Sequence record: NC_106721.1
Strand: one strand, 5' to 3'
Source: Escherichia phage EC148
Length of the DNA: 64,000 bases
Shown: positions 52,831 to 63,163 of the stretch, piece after piece
How the letters are laid out: each line of letters starts with the position of its first letter
How positions within the stretch are numbered: position 1 is the stretch's first letter
Made by a program: the position numbers and the translations under genes
The notes under the pieces: model-generated
What the model saw: only the letters and a program-made list of their open reading frames with translations
The model's database searches: none
Told to the model about the DNA's origin: nothing

Positions 52831-53316
52831 TTATCTGCGAAGTGACCTACGTGGAGGCTGATACCTCACTGTTACATTTATTTCTGCTAAACCATATGGG
52901 GCCAGTAGACCCTCATCTGTACTAACTGATGTAATGATCATATCAGTTGCCTCACATGGGAAGATCGATCCATTAGGTTTACTAACAGTATATTCTAAAT
53001 TTCCACCTGTGTCAATAACGGTTTTTATATCCGCTACGAGTTTTTCAAGTTGCTCTTGAATGTCTGTTTTCTCTTTATCGTACACCAGGATTGGAAGTTC
53101 TAAAAACATCCACTGTTGGCCTGAAGGAAGATACTGCCCAGTTTCAGTTCCGATATGAACTGCCACATAAGGAAACTCTCGTATTTCCTCAAATTTATAA
53201 GTTTGACGAGAAACGTTTCCATATAGGTTATTAAAATATTCGTCAGGTTGAGAACCGTCCAACTGTTTAGATATACGGTCAACCAGAGCTTGTGCAATAC
53301 TTGTTCTATGATCCAT
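52831..53316 (-). CDS. tail terminator protein (p142-like)
   Basis: 161 aa; position between the head-completion and tail-tube genes. Confidence 0.45.
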   Translation of the reverse strand: MDHRTSIAQALVDRISKQLDGSQPDEYFNNLYGNVSRQTYKFEEIREFPYVAVHIGTETGQYLPSGQQWMFLELPILVYDKEKTDIQEQLEKLVADIKTVIDTGGNLEYTVSKPNGSIFPCEATDMIITSVSTDEGLLAPYGLAEINVTVRYQPPRRSLRR

Positions 53317-53319
53317 TTA

Positions 53320-54087
53320 TTAGGTTCCTTGATTAACCTTGATTTTATATCTAGAGTGAATCAGGTCTCTTGCAGCTTTTGCTATAGCCTCACCAATAAG
53401 TTTTTGTGGGTTTCTAGCACCTGGGTAGGGTCGTAAAGATAATCTTCTATATGTAGATACTGCTGGATTAAATACAGAATATGGACGTACCATATAATTA
53501 TACGTCACGTTTAGTTCGGGGGCACCTTTACTAGTCTCTGCATCCCTAAGCATAACATCTTTAATTTTTAGAGAATTTGCAAATCTACCAGTTCTAAACT
53601 TTAATGGCGCTCCTGCCTTTTTCATATCTTTTATCAAATATTCCTTAGCAACTATTTCAAGAATAGTACGCATATTACTATTTGATACAAAACGACCGGA
53701 AGCACCTGTTACTGCACCAGAATAACCATCTTCCACATCTCTAGGATCACCGAAGTTTACCTGTACTCTACCTGTAGAACGTTTTTTACCTACAGCAGAT
53801 TTTTTACCAGCGGTTGCTTGTATTAAGTTCTCTAGAGCACCTAAATCTCCCGAAAGATCTAAACTAGAGGATACCGCTTTTAGTATAGAGGCTGTTCTAA
53901 CATCAAGAAGATCTTGTGATACGGGTTTTGAAAACTTAAAAGATACTTGAGCAACAGTACCATCTCTGGTAGGATCTTTTAACCCTGTCTCAACAGAGTA
54001 CACAACAGTATTCTTATTATTTTCAGATCGTCCTGCAGTATCTAGCTGCTCTTTAATAATTTGTTTAGCTAGATCGGAAAGAGACAT
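53320..54087 (-). CDS. tail completion / connector protein (p143-like)
   Basis: 255 aa; assigned by position. Confidence 0.4.
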   Translation of the reverse strand: MSLSDLAKQIIKEQLDTAGRSENNKNTVVYSVETGLKDPTRDGTVAQVSFKFSKPVSQDLLDVRTASILKAVSSSLDLSGDLGALENLIQATAGKKSAVGKKRSTGRVQVNFGDPRDVEDGYSGAVTGASGRFVSNSNMRTILEIVAKEYLIKDMKKAGAPLKFRTGRFANSLKIKDVMLRDAETSKGAPELNVTYNYMVRPYSVFNPAVSTYRRLSLRPYPGARNPQKLIGEAIAKAARDLIHSRYKIKVNQGT

Positions 54088-54599
54088 TATACTCTCCTGT
54101 ATACTTCAATAATAGTACGAATATGCTCTGGAATACCAGACTTAGTGCTATTGAAGGTTACTGTTTCACCACCAATTGTTTTAGCTTGGCGATAATCTTG
54201 TTTATGCCAATGATCTACTAGCATACACGCTGCTAACTTAAGATCTTCAGGCACTGGGTTAAATCCACCTTGTGTATACGCTACGTCCATATAACCTTCT
54301 GGAGGATTAAATTTGAGAAGGATAATACCGTCAGAGTATAGTTTATACTGCTCTGGGTCAATCTCATTATCATTAATCGTCACTTTAGTTACGGAGGTAG
54401 CAGATGGTGAACTCAGAAAATATTTCCTACGTGTAGGTTTTGTATTGATTAACTGGTCTACCGCATCAGCATCATCCATGCCTAGAAGGCTCGTAATCAG
54501 CGCATTGGCAGCAGTAATCATCATTTCTACACCGGATTCTAGTTCAGGTCGCTTTAAGCTACCATATAATCTATAATCTTCGGCTGTAATGATTTGCAT
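54087..54599 (-). CDS. head completion protein (p144-like)
   Basis: 170 aa; immediately downstream of the capsid terminator. Confidence 0.45.
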   Translation of the reverse strand: MQIITAEDYRLYGSLKRPELESGVEMMITAANALITSLLGMDDADAVDQLINTKPTRRKYFLSSPSATSVTKVTINDNEIDPEQYKLYSDGIILLKFNPPEGYMDVAYTQGGFNPVPEDLKLAACMLVDHWHKQDYRQAKTIGGETVTFNSTKSGIPEHIRTIIEVYRRV

Positions 54600-54611
54600 T
54601 TATTTTTCCCC

Positions 54612-54640
54612 AATAAAAAAGGAGAGCCGAAGCTCTCCTT
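54612..54640 (-). terminator. intrinsic terminator after the major capsid gene
   Basis: Minus-strand GGAGAGC-UUCG-GCUCUCC followed by UUUUUUAUUGGGG. Confidence 0.75.
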
Positions 54641-54659
54641 ATCGGCTGAAAAGCCTGTA

Positions 54660-56036
54660 TTAAGATGCAGCGTAAGCACCAGATACAACGCCGTTATTAA
54701 AGTAACGTTGCAGGTTAACACGCTGAGTAACGTAGTACGCATCACGCTGTTTACCAGCTTGGCGCTCACGTTCAACAGTAACAGCACGCTGACGCGGCAT
54801 TACGAAGTTATCTTTATAAACAATAACTGCGAACTCTGCAGAGTTAGCTTTAGCCGGGAAGAACTCAGAAACTACAACCGGCAGACCGTAAATACGACCA
54901 ACCTGACCTTGCAGTTTAACAGCATCATTACCAACTTGGGCAACATCCTGCCATTCTTCATCTTCCAGCAGATCGTAATAAGCATCCATAGATACAATCA
55001 GTACCAGTTTGCTCAGTTTCAGACCATGACGGCCCAGTTTACGGCGCAGTTTAGAGATAGTTTTAGCAGTTACCAGAACAGAACCATCAGCTTTAGCTTC
55101 AGTAATAACTTTAGCACTATCGCCTTCAGCCAGTTTCAGCAGACCCTTAGGCTTACCAGTACCGTCACCAGTCATGAAAGCTTCTTCGATAGAAACAGCG
55201 TGTGCTTCAATCAGACGCTTACGCAGCAGCGGTAGCAGGGAGAAGATTGCATCTTCTTCAGTTTCATCAGTAATGAAGGACTTAGCAGCCAGTTTATAGG
55301 TTTTGAACTGAATTTCAGTCAGAGCACCTTTAACTTCGTCACCAGTAGTAGCATCAGTACCATATGCGCTAGCATCTACCCAAGTAGCTTTACCAGCATC
55401 TGGTTCAACCAGCATAGTAAGAATTTTGCTGGACATTGGCAGTTCTTCAAACAGAGCACCAACTACTAGTTCTTTCTGCAGGTCACGAATAATACGCTGG
55501 GAGAAAATAGTTTCGTAGCTTTCACTAGAAACTTCTACTGAAGAGGACTGGTTTACAGTTTTCAGGTGTCTCTGGCCATGTTCGGTATCAAATACACCTT
55601 TTTCCATCACGTAAGACAGAAGAACCAGTTTTTCAACTTCATCTTCAAAGTTTTCCTGAGTACCGTACAGTGCTTTAGCTACGCTATCACCAACGAAGGA
55701 ACGACCTTCACGAGCTGCTAGCAGAGATTTGATTTCGTCCTGAAGACCAACAATAGTTTCCTGCTGTTTTTCTACAGTCTGTGCAAACAGTTCTGCGCTC
55801 TTCTTAGATTTCTCATCCAGGGATTTAACCAGTTCCAGAGCTTCTTCTAGCTTCTGACGATCTTCGCCAACTGCTTTAGAAACCAGGTCATTCATACGAG
55901 CCAGTTCTTTTTCTTCCTGCTCTTTACGCATACGTTCAGCTTCAGCAGCTTTCTGAGCAGCGGTCAGACCTTCCAGAGATTTAGCCAGATCACCCAGACC
56001 AAGTTCTTCTTTCAGCTTATTAATATCAATAGTCAT
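54660..56036 (-). CDS. major capsid protein with N-terminal scaffolding domain (pb8-like, HK97 fold)
   Basis: 458 aa; coiled-coil N-terminal ~150 aa then capsid-like body; host-optimised codons; strong terminator downstream. Confidence 0.85.
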   Translation of the reverse strand: MTIDINKLKEELGLGDLAKSLEGLTAAQKAAEAERMRKEQEEKELARMNDLVSKAVGEDRQKLEEALELVKSLDEKSKKSAELFAQTVEKQQETIVGLQDEIKSLLAAREGRSFVGDSVAKALYGTQENFEDEVEKLVLLSYVMEKGVFDTEHGQRHLKTVNQSSSVEVSSESYETIFSQRIIRDLQKELVVGALFEELPMSSKILTMLVEPDAGKATWVDASAYGTDATTGDEVKGALTEIQFKTYKLAAKSFITDETEEDAIFSLLPLLRKRLIEAHAVSIEEAFMTGDGTGKPKGLLKLAEGDSAKVITEAKADGSVLVTAKTISKLRRKLGRHGLKLSKLVLIVSMDAYYDLLEDEEWQDVAQVGNDAVKLQGQVGRIYGLPVVVSEFFPAKANSAEFAVIVYKDNFVMPRQRAVTVERERQAGKQRDAYYVTQRVNLQRYFNNGVVSGAYAAS

Positions 56037-56053
56037 TTTTAAATAATTCTCCG

Positions 56054-56686
56054 TTATTCTTTAACGTAGCCTAAAGCTATCGCAAGTTTTTCTAGTTCAG
56101 AAAGATTACGTTCTTGAGCTGGGACAGCTTTAGAACTTATTGCAGTAAAAGATTTACGCCATTCAGTATAATCATGACCATTCATACTCTTAGCGAGATT
56201 GAATGTTGAGTCCTGATTACAAGGTACAGAAACTACCGAAACTTCGTATAGTTCTAAATCTTTAATAATAAATATATCAGTAGCTTCATCCCACTCTGCA
56301 TCTAGGCAGCGGAATCCGATACTAAAAGTTTTCAGTACACCGTTTTTAATTAGCGAAAAGATAGCCGGGTCAGAACTTTCATAGATCTCACATTCGATTT
56401 CGAGACCCATTTCAGTAGGATTAAGATCAATACACTTGCCGATTGGACGACGATGGTCGTGTCCGAAAAGAATAATCGGGTTTTTCATGTAGTTAGCAAG
56501 TGCATTAGATGTTTTCCATGCAGAGGCAGGAATTACATCACCAGCGCGATCTTTACTAATTGTATTAGCGAATCCACGGATTTTTACAACACCCTCTTTG
56601 GATTCGCTATCAATAGATTTAATATAAGCATCTAAATGAACCGGTGCTGATTTTAACTTGTTATAGTCAATAGCAGCTTGTGTCAT
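56054..56686 (-). CDS. prohead maturation protease (HK97-family)
   Basis: 210 aa; FGHDH motif; located between the portal/decoration and capsid genes. Confidence 0.7.
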   Translation of the reverse strand: MTQAAIDYNKLKSAPVHLDAYIKSIDSESKEGVVKIRGFANTISKDRAGDVIPASAWKTSNALANYMKNPIILFGHDHRRPIGKCIDLNPTEMGLEIECEIYESSDPAIFSLIKNGVLKTFSIGFRCLDAEWDEATDIFIIKDLELYEVSVVSVPCNQDSTFNLAKSMNGHDYTEWRKSFTAISSKAVPAQERNLSELEKLAIALGYVKE

Positions 56687-56689
56687 TTA

Positions 56690-57172
56690 TTAGCCTCCAA
56701 CACCGGGATTAACCGTTACTGTGCATGCAGTAGAAGGTTTACTAACTTTCTTGCTATCTGTAACCGTTACTTTATAGACTCCCGAATCATCAGTAGCTGC
56801 TGCAGGCTTAGTATAGGTAGCTCCTGAAGCATCTGGAATAGGAGAACCATCTTTAGTCCATGCATAAGTATAAGGACCAGTTCCGCCGGTTGCAGTAACA
56901 GAAAGTGTTAATGCTGTACCTTCTGTAATAGACATACTAGCAGTTAAATCTTTAGAAAGAGTTAATGGTGGAGCAGGAGGAACTGCTTTACCATAAGCCT
57001 CTACAAATTTCTTCCATACTTTACGGTTAGTATGCGCAGATGAAAGTCCTAGTTCTCTACGCAGAAAAGCATAGCTAGGAACATATTTATGCGCAGCAAC
57101 CGTAGCAAAGAAGATATGAGATTCTGGTAGTTTTTCACCAAAAATGGTCTTTAGACCATTATAATCAATCAT
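56690..57172 (-). CDS. capsid decoration protein with Ig-like domain (pb10-like)
   Basis: 160 aa; C-terminal Ig-like segment ...TYAWTKDGSPIPDASGATYTKPAAATDDSGVYKVTVTD. Confidence 0.6.
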   Translation of the reverse strand: MIDYNGLKTIFGEKLPESHIFFATVAAHKYVPSYAFLRRELGLSSAHTNRKVWKKFVEAYGKAVPPAPPLTLSKDLTASMSITEGTALTLSVTATGGTGPYTYAWTKDGSPIPDASGATYTKPAAATDDSGVYKVTVTDSKKVSKPSTACTVTVNPGVGG

Positions 57173-58386
57173 TCTTTATCTCCCTCGGTGGAACCTTGAG
57201 GTCTGCCACCTTCTTGACCAGATACACCTGTTGCAGAACCAGCAACGTTAGCAGGAATACGAATCTTATCCATCTGCTCATCATCTAAAGGTTCAAGGTT
57301 CAGCTCTAAACGAGCTTCGTTACCAGTCATAATACCATTATTAACCAATGAGGTTAAATGTTTAGCCTCAGCTTCTTTATCTGGTGTTAATGCAGCTACT
57401 TCCTTAGTATTAGGAGTAATCTTATAACCAAAAAAGAAAGTAAGAGAACTAGTCAGTTTGTTCAGCATAGGAATGATAGTCATATAATAGAACAGTTCGA
57501 TATTTGGTCGAATGTTCGCATTATTACCACCATCAAGCAGTACTTGCGGAACACCAAAGGCTAGACAGATAGATTTATTAAATCCTTCAATGTCTTCCTT
57601 GAAGTCTAGGTCTTTAAAAGAGGATATTTGGGAGTACGGTTTAGCTTTCATACCACCATCTAGAATCAGGACAGAGGACTGACCAGTACTAGGATTATAA
57701 TCTAGTTGTAATTCTTCTTGTTTACGCTCACGCAATTTCTTGTTCAGGATTTCATCCGTCTCAAGAATAAGACCAATCACAGTTCCATTATCGAGGAATT
57801 TCTCTTTAAAGTTAAGCATCTTAGAACGCTTCTCAAGAGAGTCAATAACAGTAGCAACACGAGATTGTCCAGAAATTTGAGAATTTGTGCCACACACGTA
57901 ACTGTTATCCTTTATAAAGATAATCTCATCTACGCGATAGTCTATCTGGTTATTAAATATAAATTTTTTGATAAACTTATTGGCATCTGCCTCTACTTGC
58001 ATTAATGCAGCAGGGACATGGTAAAGTGCTGTGCCATCCCAATAGATGTATGCACAACCTTCAAAAAGTAGGTCAGTGACTACAAGTCTACGGAATGTGC
58101 TTATATCCATGAATGGATTAGGTCGTACATTTAAGAGAGTGTCTAGAGTCTTTGCCTTGATGCCATTGGCATACGTGACAATATTATATTTATCTCCGAC
58201 AGTATAAGAACACTCCGCCGCACTATCTATAACCATATTAGCAGTTCTATTGAGAATCTCAATTTTACTGTAGGCTTGTCCAGTGGTAAAAGGCTTACGG
58301 TTAGTGCGATGACTAACTGGTTCCATGTCTCTTATAATACGTTGACCCGGATTTAGCTTTTCAGTAATCCAGCTTTTAAAACCCAT
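57169..58386 (-). CDS. portal protein
   Basis: 405 aa; position between terminase/HNH and the head genes. Confidence 0.7.
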   Translation of the reverse strand: MGFKSWITEKLNPGQRIIRDMEPVSHRTNRKPFTTGQAYSKIEILNRTANMVIDSAAECSYTVGDKYNIVTYANGIKAKTLDTLLNVRPNPFMDISTFRRLVVTDLLFEGCAYIYWDGTALYHVPAALMQVEADANKFIKKFIFNNQIDYRVDEIIFIKDNSYVCGTNSQISGQSRVATVIDSLEKRSKMLNFKEKFLDNGTVIGLILETDEILNKKLRERKQEELQLDYNPSTGQSSVLILDGGMKAKPYSQISSFKDLDFKEDIEGFNKSICLAFGVPQVLLDGGNNANIRPNIELFYYMTIIPMLNKLTSSLTFFFGYKITPNTKEVAALTPDKEAEAKHLTSLVNNGIMTGNEARLELNLEPLDDEQMDKIRIPANVAGSATGVSGQEGGRPQGSTEGDKE

Positions 58387-58823
58387 TATAAGAACCTTGC
58401 GAATCCTGATTTTGTTTCAGTCTTGACTTGTGTCTTTTCTTGAGGATTCTGTAATTTGTCTTTCTGCTTTTGAACCCACACTTTTTGCTTATTAGCAGAA
58501 AATAAAGGAGGTTCTTTTGTGTAAACCTTATGTAATAATTGGTGATGGTGTACACAAAGGGTAACAGTGTCTTCTACTAGCTCATGCCTATATCGATCAT
58601 AGAATGCCGTCCTATTTGAAAGGACTATTTCTTCGTCAGTGAAATCCAATTGGAGTTCTTTAGCAAATTTTTTAACTAGTAGAGACACCGTATGGTAATG
58701 ATGAAGCTCTAATTCTTCAGCACAACCGCAGATAGCACATTGAGAGTCTTTTTTATATTGACTTTTTATTCCGTCTCTCATAAGGGATATAGCATCGCGT
58801 TTATATTTTATATTGCTTGCCAT
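58386..58823 (-). CDS. HNH endonuclease
   Basis: CAICGCAEELELHHYH ... CVHHHQLLHK (HNH/Zn motif). Start set at ATG 58823..58821 (GAGGAG RBS) instead of the ORF-track start at 58910. Confidence 0.7.
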   Translation of the reverse strand: MASNIKYKRDAISLMRDGIKSQYKKDSQCAICGCAEELELHHYHTVSLLVKKFAKELQLDFTDEEIVLSNRTAFYDRYRHELVEDTVTLCVHHHQLLHKVYTKEPPLFSANKQKVWVQKQKDKLQNPQEKTQVKTETKSGFARFL

Positions 58824-58937
58824 AGTGTTCTCCTCAACTGTATGAATATAGTATACATAATCGTATCGAATTTGTAAAGGGGATTTTAAAATGCAGGAAT
58901 GGGATACCAACTGAGTAGTATCCCTTCCTATACTTAT

Positions 58938-60254
58938 TTATTTACCACGGGAAATAGAGTAAATTCCATAGCGCAGAGCATCACAGAGGTGAGAGTTAGC
59001 ATCATGACGTGGTTTTTCACGTGATAATTTTTCTTCACCTTCTTGGAAATCCCACTTGTAATTCTGCAATGCGTGAATTAATGAGGAACATGAAGCATCC
59101 ACAATAATCTTGCCTTGTTGGAATAGTGCTTGTAAACATGCTAATCCATCTAGGACAGATTTTTTAGCTGGAGCCGATGCAATTTCATGTTCATAAGCTA
59201 AGTCCTGACGGAACTGAGCTGCGGCAGAGTCAACAAAAACACGATCAACTTTATAACGATCTATACAGTGCTGAATGTAAGCCGCATGCTGAGCTGTGGT
59301 TTTCTCCGCCTGCTGGTACTCTTCTAATACATAGTAGGTATCTGTATCATAGTGGTACTTAATAGTAAGAACTGCTGTAGGATCACGATAACCAACGTCA
59401 ATACCAAGCAACGTTTCGAATGCTTCATCATCTTTAAAGAAGTGACGCATACCTTTAAGGTCTTTAACATGGTCTATAGCATTAAAGGTATCAAAGATCT
59501 GACCTTCGAATACAGAGAAGTCAGCCTCATATTCCTGACGAAAGTAGTTTTTACTAACTGTACGACGTGCTTCTTCGATATCATTCAGATCAGCACGTGG
59601 GTTATCACGATACGTACCATGAATAGATACCCAGTTAGGTAATGTATCATCAAATCCATAGGCATAAAACTCTTTAAACCAGTTACCACCACGAGGAGTA
59701 GAGATAAATAGAGCCTTAGAGTTTGGTTTATCTAGGGTAGGACGCAACTGAACTCTAAAGGCATCACCACCCACATCGGAAATTGCCGCCTCATCAAAGA
59801 TGATAAAGTCATATGAACGCCCAACTGCGGAGTCAGCCTGCGCCGCAGAAGCTAGTTTAAACAGAGAACCATTAGCTAACTCAATCTCTTTATCTTTAGC
59901 ATTCTCACGTTCGGTTTGTAGGCCATATTTTTTAATAAGACCACGAATCTGAGACCATCCGATGTTGGCCAGTGAGTAGTTAGGAGCAACTACTAGCACC
60001 TTTACGTTAGGCTCCAGCAACTTTAGAAACCCAAGTGTGTATGCGATGAAGGATTTACCTACACGGCGTGATACACACGCCGTTACAAAACGATGTCTAG
60101 GGTCTTCTAGCGCATTGATAATCGCTATTTGAGGACCATTAGGTGTAATACCCTCTTGAGCTAGTATTCCTGAAACAGGTAGACGAAAGAAACGTTTGTC
60201 TATTCCGAAATCAATAACATCAACTGTGTTAACGTAGGGTCTTGATACTTCCAT
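58938..60254 (-). CDS. terminase large subunit
   Basis: 438 aa; P-loop VSRRVGKSF; C-terminal nuclease-like half. Confidence 0.85.
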   Translation of the reverse strand: MEVSRPYVNTVDVIDFGIDKRFFRLPVSGILAQEGITPNGPQIAIINALEDPRHRFVTACVSRRVGKSFIAYTLGFLKLLEPNVKVLVVAPNYSLANIGWSQIRGLIKKYGLQTERENAKDKEIELANGSLFKLASAAQADSAVGRSYDFIIFDEAAISDVGGDAFRVQLRPTLDKPNSKALFISTPRGGNWFKEFYAYGFDDTLPNWVSIHGTYRDNPRADLNDIEEARRTVSKNYFRQEYEADFSVFEGQIFDTFNAIDHVKDLKGMRHFFKDDEAFETLLGIDVGYRDPTAVLTIKYHYDTDTYYVLEEYQQAEKTTAQHAAYIQHCIDRYKVDRVFVDSAAAQFRQDLAYEHEIASAPAKKSVLDGLACLQALFQQGKIIVDASCSSLIHALQNYKWDFQEGEEKLSREKPRHDANSHLCDALRYGIYSISRGK

Positions 60255-60736
60255 TACTTCTTACCTCCAGTAGCTAGGGAAGTAATTAAGTCCATGTAGT
60301 TTTGATCCCCAGCTCCAGCAATAATATTATTCTGGATATTGGTCTGATTAGCAGGAGCACGGACGGCAGCTTTAGCTTTTTCTAGCTCCACCATCATTTT
60401 CATCTCTTCCATCTTCATTTTATGTGCCTTCCAGAGAATATCCATAATATCCTGGTCAGAACCCATGCCAGTTTCTTCCAGTTCCTCCAGCTTACGTTTA
60501 ATAACTTCATCTAGAACACCGAACAAACGATCTCTGTTACGGAATCCACTCTCCATAAAAATATCGTTCAAGTAATTCTTAACTTCACTACGATTCATAA
60601 TATCTCGGAAAGCAATTTCAGACATTCCAAGACTACGTGCGGCAGAAGGCACATCGCTACCGCACTGTAAATAAGCTTCAATCACATCCATCCCTTCAGG
60701 GGACATAAGATCTGGTACTAATACATCATTTGCCAT
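60254..60736 (-). CDS. terminase small subunit (putative)
   Basis: 160 aa; N-terminal HTH-like segment; immediately upstream of the large subunit with ATGA overlap. Confidence 0.55.
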   Translation of the reverse strand: MANDVLVPDLMSPEGMDVIEAYLQCGSDVPSAARSLGMSEIAFRDIMNRSEVKNYLNDIFMESGFRNRDRLFGVLDEVIKRKLEELEETGMGSDQDIMDILWKAHKMKMEEMKMMVELEKAKAAVRAPANQTNIQNNIIAGAGDQNYMDLITSLATGGKK

Positions 60737-60746
60737 ATTTCCTCCT

Positions 60747-62504
60747 TTAGGTAAGGCGTTGAACTGTTACTCTTAATCTAGGTAGAAAAACTGCACTACC
60801 TAAACTTACGTGCATAACTACCCCTAACTCTACATTTCCATTCCCCAGATTTTTAGCAGTATATATAAAACTATTTCTACTTAGGGCATTGTTAGGTGTG
60901 TATCTAAAAGCAGATGTAGTATGAAAAGGTACTAAATACCCTACTGGTAATGTTAAAATCTGGTGGAATATCGCGTCACCATTACTATAACTATATGCTC
61001 TTCTTCCTTGCACCTGAAACACACCGTTATTCCATGTATTAGCAGGGACACCTGCACAGTTAAGATTACCTGATATAACTTCAGTGGTAAGAATTACTGT
61101 AGCATTGCCACCCGGTATACCTAGCCCAATAGTTGATAAACCAACGTATCTATCTCCTGTTCCTGGGTAGCTGGGGGTAATATCATCTCCCATATAAGAA
61201 CTACCTACATTTCCACCAAAAAGTCGTAATGGAACTGCTGATGGTCCCCAAACAACCCCGTGTTCATTACCGATAGTATTATCATTAGAGTTTACGTACC
61301 ATTGCTTACCAGCTCCGAATTTGTAAATACTAATTTGAGACTTAGCCCCTCCATAGTCCACAGGAGACCATAAACTCCCGTTACTAGAACCTACAAGTTC
61401 ACACCTTGCGGTGGTATCCCCAAAGGCCCCAGTATATGCTGCATTATTTCCAATATATTCCATATCTGGTCTATAACCTAAGTTACCGAAAGCGTTCTGG
61501 TTAATAAACTTGTATCCAGTATTGGGAAGACTAACCCCTTTAATTATGAAATTAGAAGGAGATATAAGAATATCTGAACCAGTAAAAGGATTACCAGAGA
61601 TACTCATACCACCATTTGAGTATCTTAAATTCAAAACGTACCAAATAACTTTAGTAGGAGTTATGTTATACCAATCTTGTAGTATTGTAGAATCACCAGA
61701 TTGATTAGCTAAATTAGTTGTAGAACCCCTACAAACAAACCTATTACCCCCATCATGATACATAGTATTTACATTACCAGGAAGACCTTGTCTTACCCCA
61801 CCATACCCACGTATGTTAGAGTTACAAACATAGAACCAATCGTGCCCTCTGTGTGCTGATCCTAAAGGAGACATCCATCCTGGGTCCCAGTAATTTTGGT
61901 TATTCCCATCTATAGGTACTGTACTACTATTAGTAGGGAATCCTAACTGTGCAAAAGCTTCTGCAACAGTAACCCCTACTGGAGCTCCTGCACCTGGCCT
62001 AACTATACCATGATACGTACTATGTAGGGTAGTTCCACCAGTACCATTCCTAGAAATAGATTCTTCATGCCCTATAGATGGATTATAGTTATATGTACCA
62101 GATGCCAGGCTATTACCAAATGCAAATCCACTAGTCTGGGAAACACTAGCAAAAGATCTAAAAGGATCTGCTTGAGTGGCAACTATAGTTTGACCCACCT
62201 TACTCTGAGTACCATTAAGAAAAGCTCTGTGAGTACCATTAATCTCAATAGCAGTTAATATAACTCTACCAGGATCGTTAGATTTAATATTTATTATGTC
62301 AGAGGGCATCTGACATACAAAAAACCCATTTCCGGCATTTCCTAACCCAGCCTCATAAGTACCATCAACTAGGACAAATGGCATATCACTATGAAAAATA
62401 CTATTGGCATTTGGACTATAGTGACGATTAATGTCACCACCAGATTCAGTATTTAAAGATAGTACGGTCTTACCATCGCTATATTTTCCAGCGAAAAAAC
62501 CCAT
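60747..62504 (-). CDS. receptor-binding tail protein (pb5/Oad functional analog)
   Basis: 585 aa; Gly/Asn/Ser/Tyr-rich; divergent from an llp-like lipoprotein gene as in the T5 oad-llp arrangement. Confidence 0.6.
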   Translation of the reverse strand: MGFFAGKYSDGKTVLSLNTESGGDINRHYSPNANSIFHSDMPFVLVDGTYEAGLGNAGNGFFVCQMPSDIINIKSNDPGRVILTAIEINGTHRAFLNGTQSKVGQTIVATQADPFRSFASVSQTSGFAFGNSLASGTYNYNPSIGHEESISRNGTGGTTLHSTYHGIVRPGAGAPVGVTVAEAFAQLGFPTNSSTVPIDGNNQNYWDPGWMSPLGSAHRGHDWFYVCNSNIRGYGGVRQGLPGNVNTMYHDGGNRFVCRGSTTNLANQSGDSTILQDWYNITPTKVIWYVLNLRYSNGGMSISGNPFTGSDILISPSNFIIKGVSLPNTGYKFINQNAFGNLGYRPDMEYIGNNAAYTGAFGDTTARCELVGSSNGSLWSPVDYGGAKSQISIYKFGAGKQWYVNSNDNTIGNEHGVVWGPSAVPLRLFGGNVGSSYMGDDITPSYPGTGDRYVGLSTIGLGIPGGNATVILTTEVISGNLNCAGVPANTWNNGVFQVQGRRAYSYSNGDAIFHQILTLPVGYLVPFHTTSAFRYTPNNALSRNSFIYTAKNLGNGNVELGVVMHVSLGSAVFLPRLRVTVQRLT

Positions 62505-62529
62505 ATAATCTCCTATTATAAAAATGTAT

Positions 62530-62558
62530 TTGCTTTCATCCCTCTATTTTGCTATAAT
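62530..62558 (+). promoter_or_regulatory. T5-type early promoter driving llp (TTGCTT-17-TATAAT)
   Basis: Followed by AGATTCATAAATTAGAAATGGAGAG and the llp ATG. Confidence 0.7.
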
Positions 62559-62589
62559 AGATTCATAAATTAGAAATGGAGAGATAAAT

Positions 62590-62856
62590 ATGAAAAAGTT
62601 TGTGATTGCACTAGTTGCCGCAGTTATGTTATCTGGTTGTGCACCTGCTCCCAAACCATTTTGTACTGGATTTGTAAAATCTTTTGGTGGTGCGGGAGAA
62701 GAACATTACGGCCTCAAGGTTCAAAAAGTTCGTATTAAGGGAGATCGCTTCCCAGTAGTACAGCTCCGTACTAAGTTTGGATGGTGGGATCTCAGTCAGT
62801 TTGACCTTAAATATGGTGATTGTAAATTTAAACTAGAGCAATCTAACTACCTGTAA
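62590..62856 (+). CDS. llp: receptor-blocking lipoprotein (Llp-like)
   Basis: 88 aa; signal peptide with lipobox LSGC; T5-type early promoter 62530-62558. Confidence 0.7.
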   Translation: MKKFVIALVAAVMLSGCAPAPKPFCTGFVKSFGGAGEEHYGLKVQKVRIKGDRFPVVQLRTKFGWWDLSQFDLKYGDCKFKLEQSNYL

Positions 62857-63034
62857 TTAGTATAAAGCAAAAAGACATCTAAGTAAACTAAATTTTTTAT
62901 TTTTTGGATGGTATATTGGCAGAAACCACTATGTAAGAAAATGAGAAGTCCTTCTAGGAAGTCACAAGCATGGTTGGTTATATACAAATTATAAAATATT
63001 TTTAAAATACCATACTCATAGGAGCAAGAAAGAT

Positions 63035-63163
63035 ATGTCAAATAAAAGAAAGAACAGACGCGGAGAAGTGTACGAAGCGTGGATTAATATTTACGGATTT
63101 GGTTTTGTATTATTCCTAATCTTCGTAGGTTTTTGGTTAGCAGCTATGGCGGGGTGGATTTAA
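63035..63163 (+). CDS. small membrane protein (42 aa)
   Basis: Found by hand (below the ORF-track cutoff); AGGAG RBS; basic N-terminus then one hydrophobic helix. Confidence 0.4.
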   Translation: MSNKRKNRRGEVYEAWINIYGFGFVLFLIFVGFWLAAMAGWI

